Assembly (NCBI GenBank): GCA_947629955.1
Contig: CANRFT010000006.1
Span: 3,226 to 67,225, forward strand
Origin: an uncultured Oscillospiraceae bacterium
Lineage (GTDB): Bacteria; Bacillota; Clostridia; Oscillospirales; Oscillospiraceae
Reading direction: 5' to 3'
Length of the DNA stretch: 64,000 nucleotides
Numbering within the stretch: position 1 is the first letter of the stretch; each line of letters starts with the position of its first letter. Below the pieces are notes generated by a model, which was not told the DNA's origin, did no database searches, and saw nothing but the letters and a program-made list of their open reading frames with translations. Shown here piece after piece: positions 57,703 to 64,000 of this stretch. The position numbers and the translations under genes were made by a program.

Positions 57703-59946
57703 TCAATACACGCCGATGCACTTGGCCATGTAGCCGGAGTACTGGGGCAGGAAGGTGTCCAGATAGGTCTGAGGATCGCCGTAGTCAGGACCCCAGCCGG
57801 AGTCGTCGTACATGTCGTAGTTGGCCTGCGAGCCGTTCTCGGTGTCGTAGCCGCAGCCGTTCCAGCCGTCGTAGTCGATCACGTCGACCAGGTTGATGAT
57901 GACGGCGCCGCCCAGAGAGGCCTCAACGGACTGCTTCCAGGCGTTGGCGCGGTCGGCATACTGCTGAACGCTGCCGGGATAGGGCAGGTCGAGATAGATG
58001 GGATGGTCAGCGGAGATGTCCACGCCGATCTGGGACAGCTCGGCAACGGCCTTGGCCAGCTCTTCCTGGGCGTTCTCGGGGCTGTACCAGCCGTCGAAGC
58101 CGTCGGAGGACAGCAGGTCGGGATCCCAGACCTTGATCTTCACGCCGTCGGCGTCGATCTGATCCTGCATGATCTCACCGTAGAAGGTGCCGGCGGGATA
58201 GGTCTTGGACTCGCCGTTGATCTCGATGGTGGCCTCGTTGGGCAGGGTCACGAAGTTGCCGGGGGTGTAGGTGTTCCGCAGGGAGTTCAGCTTCAGCTCC
58301 TCGCCGACGCCGGCGGCGTTGTAGGAGGCCCGGTCAAAGCCCATGGAGATGGCCAGACGGAAGTGGACGTTGTTCATGGCGCTGCGGGTGCGGGCGGCGT
58401 CCTCCTCGGTCTGGGTGGACACGCCCACGGTGGCGTCAGCCATGTTGGAGAAGGCCTGCCGGTTCAGGTTGTAGAAGCCCATGAAGGAGGTGGCCTCGGT
58501 GGCGCTCACATAGCTGTACAGGTCGTAGTAGGTGGCGTCCTCGCCCTCAGGCTTCTCCTGGCGGGCCAGAGGCAGGGTGTTGGTGCTGAAGGAGCAGCCC
58601 ACAACCTTGCCGGCCTTGCACTCCTCATAGATGCGGGTGGGATCGGTGCCGTCGTTGAAGGTCCAGGTCAGCAGCTGGATGTTGATGTTGTCCTTGTTCC
58701 AGTAGGTGGGGTTGGCCTCGAACCGGATGACGGTGTTGGCGGTGTTGTTGGTCACCAGATAGGGGCCGCAGTAGGCGATGTGGCTGGGGTCGGTGCCGTA
58801 GGTGTAGCTGCTGCTGTCGCCGGTGGTAGCGGCCTTATAGGCGTCCTGGCCGAACACGCCGCCCTGGGACTCATAGTAGGTGCGGCACATGGGGGCGAAG
58901 ATGGAGTAGGTCAGCATGGTCTCGAAGTAGGGGCAGGGACCGGTGAGGGTGTACTGCAGGGTGTAGTCGTCAACGGCCTTGACGCCCACCTGGGAGAAGT
59001 CGGTGATGTCGCCGTTGATGTACTCGGAGTAGTTGACCACGATGCCCTCCAGCAGGTACTCCAGGCCGCCCATGGTGTCGCACATATGCTGCAGGCCGGC
59101 GACCCAGTCGTCCGCCTTCACCTCGGCGCCGATCTCACGGCCCTGATAGTCCACCCACTGCACGCCCTTGCGGATGTGGAAGGTGTACACGGTGCCGTCG
59201 TCAGAGACCTCCCAGCTCTCGGCCAGGGCGGGCTGCATCTTGTTCAGCACGTCGTACTCCACCAGGCCGTCGAAGGTGTTGATGATGGCCTCGGAGTCGG
59301 CGCTCCGGGAGGTGGCCAGCACGTCCCAGGTCACGGGGTCGCTGGAATAGCCGATGGCGTAGGTGGTGTTGATGGTGTAGCCGTGGTCGGCCAGGTACTG
59401 CTTGACGAACTCCTCGTACTCTTTGCCGTCGTGGCCGGCCAGCTCCGCCCACTTGGCGCGCATGGCGTCCTGATCCTCGGACTTGATCAGCTCGTTGGCC
59501 ACGATGGCCTGGTGATAACGGCTGGCGTCAGAGCCCCAGAGGACGGTGGGGATGGTGCGGGTGGCGCAATGGCTCATGGCGTACTGACCGCCGCGGGTGG
59601 TGGTGGGCACCATGACGGCGGCCTCCATCAGCTTGGCCTCGGCCTGAGCGAACAGGGCGTAACGCAGGCCGATGTCATCGACCTCGTCACGGCCGGCCAT
59701 GTAGGTGTCATAGAAGTCACCCAGAGCGGCGTCGTAAATGGTGTCGGACTGCTCGTCGTACTCCATGGCGTCGATGACCTCCCAGTCGAGGCCGGTGTAA
59801 GCCTCGGGAGCCTCGGTGGGCTCGGTGGTGGGCTCGGTGCCGGGCTCAGAGGCGGGGGGATTGGTCTCGGTGGTCCCGCTGCCGCAGGCGCACAGCGCGA
59901 ACACCATGACCAGAGCCAGCAGCAGAGCAAGGATTCTCTTCATCAT
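57703..59946 (-). CDS. oppA: Oligopeptide-binding lipoprotein OppA (AmiA/AliA-like)
   Basis: Lipobox LCAC, Pro/Thr/Glu linker, DGLVEYD, PALAESWEVSDDGTVYTFHIRKG, GWGPDYGDPQTYL. Confidence 0.9.
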   Translation of the reverse strand: MMKRILALLLALVMVFALCACGSGTTETNPPASEPGTEPTTEPTEAPEAYTGLDWEVIDAMEYDEQSDTIYDAALGDFYDTYMAGRDEVDDIGLRYALFAQAEAKLMEAAVMVPTTTRGGQYAMSHCATRTIPTVLWGSDASRYHQAIVANELIKSEDQDAMRAKWAELAGHDGKEYEEFVKQYLADHGYTINTTYAIGYSSDPVTWDVLATSRSADSEAIINTFDGLVEYDVLNKMQPALAESWEVSDDGTVYTFHIRKGVQWVDYQGREIGAEVKADDWVAGLQHMCDTMGGLEYLLEGIVVNYSEYINGDITDFSQVGVKAVDDYTLQYTLTGPCPYFETMLTYSIFAPMCRTYYESQGGVFGQDAYKAATTGDSSSYTYGTDPSHIAYCGPYLVTNNTANTVIRFEANPTYWNKDNINIQLLTWTFNDGTDPTRIYEECKAGKVVGCSFSTNTLPLARQEKPEGEDATYYDLYSYVSATEATSFMGFYNLNRQAFSNMADATVGVSTQTEEDAARTRSAMNNVHFRLAISMGFDRASYNAAGVGEELKLNSLRNTYTPGNFVTLPNEATIEINGESKTYPAGTFYGEIMQDQIDADGVKIKVWDPDLLSSDGFDGWYSPENAQEELAKAVAELSQIGVDISADHPIYLDLPYPGSVQQYADRANAWKQSVEASLGGAVIINLVDVIDYDGWNGCGYDTENGSQANYDMYDDSGWGPDYGDPQTYLDTFLPQYSGYMAKCIGVY

Positions 59947-60157
59947 TGGTTTCCTCCTTAATAAAATATCTTTAACCTTTCGGCGGCGGGTCGCCGCCGG
60001 GAGATTAAACCACGTAGAGGGGGCGATTTATCGCGTTGCCCCGTGAAAGTGTCCCGGTAAACCGGGACAGAGCGGCCCGCGGCCGCGGGCCGCGATGCCG
60101 TTTCGCTCACACAGCATGTACAATTGTCCGCAAAAGATAGACAAATACATACTAAAT

Positions 60158-60185
60158 ATTTTATACGAATACAGCTTTTTGTCAA
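60158..60185 (-). promoter_or_regulatory. sigma-A promoter of the opp operon
   Basis: TTGACA-N16-TAAAAT on the minus strand. Confidence 0.65.
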
Positions 60186-60359
60186 TAGTTTTTTTTCTCA
60201 ATTCGGCCGTTTGATGGGAAACGGGATTTGGGCGTGATTCCCAACTTTTGACGGATCTGACAGATATCCGTCATTTTTCCGGTGAAACCGCACGAAAAAT
60301 GGCGCTCGGGGACCAGGCTCCGGGCGCCGCTTTTGGTGAGATCGCACAAAAAACTCCTG

Positions 60360-61073
60360 TCACCCCGGGAGCAGTCCGCTCAGCCACTGGGCCAGGGGGA
60401 TGTAGGCGATGGGCAGGAACATGGCGGGGAGCATGTTGCCCACCTTGATCTTCTCCTTCCCCAGGGCCAGCATATTGACGGAGATCCCCACGATGAGGGC
60501 CCCGCCCACGGCGGTCATCTCGGTGATGACGGCCTCGGGCAGGTAGGGGCCCACCCAGCCCGCCAGCAGGGTGATCCCCCCCTGGTAGATCAGCAGGGGG
60601 ATGACCGAGAAGGCCACGCCGATCCCCATGGTGGCGGCGAAGGAGATGGAGGTGACCCCGTCGATGACCCCCTTGGAGATGATGGTGGTGTAGTTGTGGT
60701 TGAGGCCGGCGTCGATGGAGCCGGTGATGGCCATGGCCCCCACGCAGAACAGCAGGGAGGCGTTGACGAAGCCCTCGGTGAAGCGGCTGCTGCCGTCTCC
60801 CTGGGCCATGTGGGCCCGGAGGGCGTCCCCGGCGGACTCCAGCCGGGCCTCGATGTCCACGGCGCTGCCGATGACGGTGCCGATGACCATGCACACGATG
60901 ACGCAGAGCATATCCTTCGTGCCGATGAGGTTGCTCACGCCGATGCCGAACACGCACAGGCCCAAAGCGTGGGTGATGACGGACATGAGCTTTTCGCTGA
61001 TGAGGTTTTTGAACAGCAGGCCCGCGGCCGAGCCGGCGAGCACTAAAATGATGTTGATGACGGTAGCCAGCAT
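60360..61073 (-). CDS. DUF554 family membrane protein
   Basis: ATVIN, GFVNASLLFCVGAMAITGSI, KGVIDG, KVGNMLPA. Confidence 0.88.
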   Translation of the reverse strand: MLATVINIILVLAGSAAGLLFKNLISEKLMSVITHALGLCVFGIGVSNLIGTKDMLCVIVCMVIGTVIGSAVDIEARLESAGDALRAHMAQGDGSSRFTEGFVNASLLFCVGAMAITGSIDAGLNHNYTTIISKGVIDGVTSISFAATMGIGVAFSVIPLLIYQGGITLLAGWVGPYLPEAVITEMTAVGGALIVGISVNMLALGKEKIKVGNMLPAMFLPIAYIPLAQWLSGLLPG

Positions 61074-61095
61074 GGAAAAGGTCCCTTTCTGTCTG

Positions 61096-62004
61096 TTATC
61101 TGTTGAAGTAGGCCCGGGTCTCCTGGGCGTTTTGCAGGATAGCGGCGCGGAGCGCCTCCACCGAGGGGAATTTCCGCTCGGGCCGGAGCCGTCTGTAAAA
61201 CTCCAGCCGGATGGTCCGGCCGTACAGGTCGCCGTCGAAGTCCAGGATCCACGGCTCCACCGAGACGGCGCGGCCGTCGCTCACCGTGGGGCGGGTCCCC
61301 ACGTTGGTCACCGCGGGCCGCTCTGTCCCGTCAGGCAGGATGACTTTGCAGGCATATACCCCGAAGGCGGGGGGCAGAACCCCCGCCGGCAGGGTCAGGT
61401 TGGCAGTGGGGGTGCCCAGCGTCCGGCCCAGCTCCGCCCCGTGGACCACCGTGCCGGACAGGATGTGGGGGTGGCCCAGGAAACGGGCGGCCTCCTCCGT
61501 CTCCCCCTGGGCGATGAGGGAGCGGATATAGGTGGAGGACACGGTGACCCCGTCCAGCTCCACCCGCGGGATGATGTCGCAGCCGACGCCCAGCCCGGCG
61601 CACAGGTCCCGGAGCCGCCGGGGGGTGCCCTCGCCCTTATAACCGAAGCGGAAGTCGTGCCCCGCCACCAGGTGGACCGCGCCGTGCTCTTTCACCAGGT
61701 ATCCGGTGACGAAGTCCCGCCAGTCCATGCGCATCATGGCCTCGTCGAAGTGGGCGGTGACGACCTCCCGGATGCCGTACAGCCGCTTCATCAGCCCCTC
61801 CCGGTCACCGGGGGAGTTGATCAGCGGCACCTGCTCCCGCCCGACGATGACGTTCTCCGGGGGGGTGTCAAAGGTCCCCGCCGCGGGGACGGCCCCCAGC
61901 TCTCTGGCCCGCTCCGCCACCCGGCGCAGCAGGGCGGCGTGGCCCAGATGGACCCCGTCGAAAAAGCCCAGGGCGATGACTCGTTTTGTCTGTTCCATGC
62001 GCAT
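61096..62004 (-). CDS. ribF: Bifunctional riboflavin kinase / FAD synthetase
   Basis: GFFDGVHLGH, GHDFRFG, VSSTYIR, PTAN, NVGTRPT. Confidence 0.96.
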   Translation of the reverse strand: MRMEQTKRVIALGFFDGVHLGHAALLRRVAERARELGAVPAAGTFDTPPENVIVGREQVPLINSPGDREGLMKRLYGIREVVTAHFDEAMMRMDWRDFVTGYLVKEHGAVHLVAGHDFRFGYKGEGTPRRLRDLCAGLGVGCDIIPRVELDGVTVSSTYIRSLIAQGETEEAARFLGHPHILSGTVVHGAELGRTLGTPTANLTLPAGVLPPAFGVYACKVILPDGTERPAVTNVGTRPTVSDGRAVSVEPWILDFDGDLYGRTIRLEFYRRLRPERKFPSVEALRAAILQNAQETRAYFNR

Positions 62005-62876
62005 CAGACCTCGAAAAAGCTTTTGATGGCAGTCAAGGTCCCGCCCTTGACGCGGCCAAGGGCGAGGAATCCCCCGTCCTGCCCGTAGACCCGGTACTCT
62101 CCGCCGGGGACGTCCGGCGGCAGGGAGACGGAGGCCCCGCAGCGGACCTTTTTCTCGCCCGCCGCCCCTACGGACAGCGCCGGCCGGTCCGCGAACAGGG
62201 AGTCCACCGGCCGCAGCAGGGCGGCGGGGTCGGCGGCGGCCTGGATCTGCTCCAGGGTGACGGAGTCCCCCAGCGTAAAGCCGGCGGCCTTGACCCGGCG
62301 GAGGGCGCTCATGCAGCCCCCGCAGCCCAGGGCCCGGCCGATGTCGTGGCAGAGGGTGCGCACATAGGTGCCTTTGGAGCAGACCACCCGCAGCTCGTAC
62401 TCCTCCGCGGCAATACGCCGGGTGATATCCAGCGCTTTTATCACGATCCTGCGGGGTTCCCGCTCCACCTCTTTGCCCTTCCGGGCCAGCTCGTAGAGCT
62501 TTTTCCCGTCCCGCTTGACGGCGGAGAACATGGGGGGCATCTGTTCGATCTCTCCCCGGAACCGGGGCAGGACGGCCTCCAGATCGGCCTGGATGGCCGT
62601 GGCCGGATGGGTCTCGGTCACCTCCCCGGTGGTATCCTGGGTATTGGTGACCACGCCCAGTTTTAAGGCGGCGATGTATTCCTTATCGGACTGGGCGGCG
62701 AACTCCACCGCCCTTGTGGCTCGGCCGATAAAGACGGGCAGCACCCCGGTGGCCATGGGGTCCAGCGTCCCTCCGTGGCCCACCCGCTTTTCGTGGAAGA
62801 TGCCCCGGAGCTTGGCGCACACGTCCATAGAGGTCCAGCCCTGGGGCTTGTCCACGATGAGGATGCCGTTAGCCAT
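62004..62876 (-). CDS. truB: tRNA pseudouridine(55) synthase TruB
   Basis: DKPQGWTS, GHGGTLDPMATGVL, CSKGTYVRTL. Confidence 0.97.
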   Translation of the reverse strand: MANGILIVDKPQGWTSMDVCAKLRGIFHEKRVGHGGTLDPMATGVLPVFIGRATRAVEFAAQSDKEYIAALKLGVVTNTQDTTGEVTETHPATAIQADLEAVLPRFRGEIEQMPPMFSAVKRDGKKLYELARKGKEVEREPRRIVIKALDITRRIAAEEYELRVVCSKGTYVRTLCHDIGRALGCGGCMSALRRVKAAGFTLGDSVTLEQIQAAADPAALLRPVDSLFADRPALSVGAAGEKKVRCGASVSLPPDVPGGEYRVYGQDGGFLALGRVKGGTLTAIKSFFEV

Positions 62877-63828
62877 GGCTCTGCTCCGCCAGCTCCGCGT
62901 CGATGGCGGCCAGGATGGCGGCCTTGGCCTCCTCCATAGTGCCCTTCACCGTGCAGCCGGAGGCGGCGGCGTGGCCGCCCCCGCCCAGCCGGGCGCAGGC
63001 TTTGGAGGCGTTCAGCGCCTTCCCATCGGAGCGCAGGGAGATGCGGTACTCACCGTTCTCGTGCTCCCGGAGGGTAGCCGATACCTTCACGCCCTCGATC
63101 TGTCCGGCGAAAGCGGCGATGTCCTCCGTGTCCTCGCTGGTGGCCCCGATGGAGTCCAGCAGTTCCAGGGTGATGGGGGCCACGGCCACTGTCCCCCCAT
63201 GATAAAACTCCATGCGCTGGGTCAGCAGGCTCTCCAGCTTCAGCCGCTTCAGCGACTTGGTGCGGAAATGCCGCTTGTTGATGAGTTGGTAGGGGATACC
63301 TATATCCATCAGCGCGGCGGCCACTCGGTGGGTGTGGGCGGTGGTGTTGGAGTAGGCGAAGCAGCCGCAGTCGGTGGACACCGCCAGGTACAGCAGGGCA
63401 GCGGCCTCTGCGTCCAGAGCGCCCAGCTCTTTGCAGATCTTCCAGATGATCTCCCCGCAGGCGGCCTTGTCCGCCTCCAGGCAGGTCTCCTTGGCAAAGC
63501 CCTCGTTGGAGGGGTGGTGGTCGATGGCCAGGGCGATCCGGCCCCTGTACTGCTCCGCGTTGGAGGGCAGCAGGCCCAGACTGGCCACGTCCACGCTCAC
63601 TACCGTGTCGGGGACAAACCCCTCCAGGGCGGTACAGCCCTCCAGATAGGAGCCCAGCAGGGCGGTGGCGTCCAGGGAGGGCAGCACGTATGCCGTTTTG
63701 CCCAGATTCCGCAGGGTGCGGCACAGGGCTCCGGCGCAGCCGATGGTGTCCCCGTCGGGCCGCTTGTGGGTGAGGATGAGATAGCCGTCGTGGGTCCTCA
63801 GAAATTCCGCCGCTTCCAGGTACGTCAT
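62869..63828 (-). CDS. nrnA: DHH/DHHA1 bifunctional oligoribonuclease / PAP phosphatase
   Basis: HKRPDGDTIG, IDHH, STDCG, SLRS, GGGGHAAASG. Confidence 0.92.
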   Translation of the reverse strand: MTYLEAAEFLRTHDGYLILTHKRPDGDTIGCAGALCRTLRNLGKTAYVLPSLDATALLGSYLEGCTALEGFVPDTVVSVDVASLGLLPSNAEQYRGRIALAIDHHPSNEGFAKETCLEADKAACGEIIWKICKELGALDAEAAALLYLAVSTDCGCFAYSNTTAHTHRVAAALMDIGIPYQLINKRHFRTKSLKRLKLESLLTQRMEFYHGGTVAVAPITLELLDSIGATSEDTEDIAAFAGQIEGVKVSATLREHENGEYRISLRSDGKALNASKACARLGGGGHAAASGCTVKGTMEEAKAAILAAIDAELAEQSHG

Positions 63829-63831
63829 GGG

Positions 63832-64000
63832 TCACTCCTCCTCGTCGTCCAAAATGATGTGGGCGTTGGCCGGGTTGGCGGGCTTGACCACCTCTGGGTC
63901 CCGCAGCATCTCCAGGATGTGGACCCCCCGGTCGATGGAGTCGTCCTCGATGAAAATGAGCTCCGGGGTGTAGCGAAGGTTCAGGGCGTGGCCCACCTCC
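63832..64000 (-). CDS. rbfA: 30S ribosome-binding factor RbfA, 3' part
   Basis: Manual translation EVGHALNLRYTPELIFIEDDSIDRGVHILEML..; canonical rbfA-nrnA-truB-ribF order. Confidence 0.93.
   Translation of the reverse strand, partial: EVGHALNLRYTPELIFIEDDSIDRGVHILEMLRDPEVVKPANPANAHIILDDEEE

Overview
High-GC clostridial Firmicute chromosome segment; gene content suggests a gut Oscillospiraceae-like organism (inference). Left part (1-8.8 kb): housekeeping genes (HtrA-like protease, two-component system, CDF, U32, mltG, DJ-1, WecB/TagA), a 53-aa Cys/Gly-rich ORF missed by the ORF track, and tRNA-Val. 8.9-22 kb: a fructan/sucrose utilisation locus with two GH32s, a CBM-like lipoprotein, ABC importer, PfkB kinase and LacI. 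22143-34159: a ~12 kb element integrated at the 3' end of tRNA-Lys, bounded by the direct repeat TGGTGACCCG. It carries a large serine recombinase whose reading frame crosses the att site, a repressor/cro/xis-like switch, and a low-GC three-gene cargo (SigA-like sigma factor with a second region-4-like domain, 1178-aa RecQ-like helicase, NERD nuclease-SF1 helicase). That cargo is the best candidate for an undescribed, probably anti-phage, system. Then come five tRNAs with a tRNA-3'-linked repeat, yqeG/nfo-like/pepP/efp, a bile salt hydrolase-type gene, an ABC exporter pair, a frameshifted HTH-TPR gene, GNAT, GH2, an atypical Ami/Opp operon (OppD insertion, OppF with TM tail, divergent ApbE-like gene) and ribF-truB-nrnA-rbfA. 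No CRISPR array was seen. All family calls come from motif recognition by eye, not database searches.
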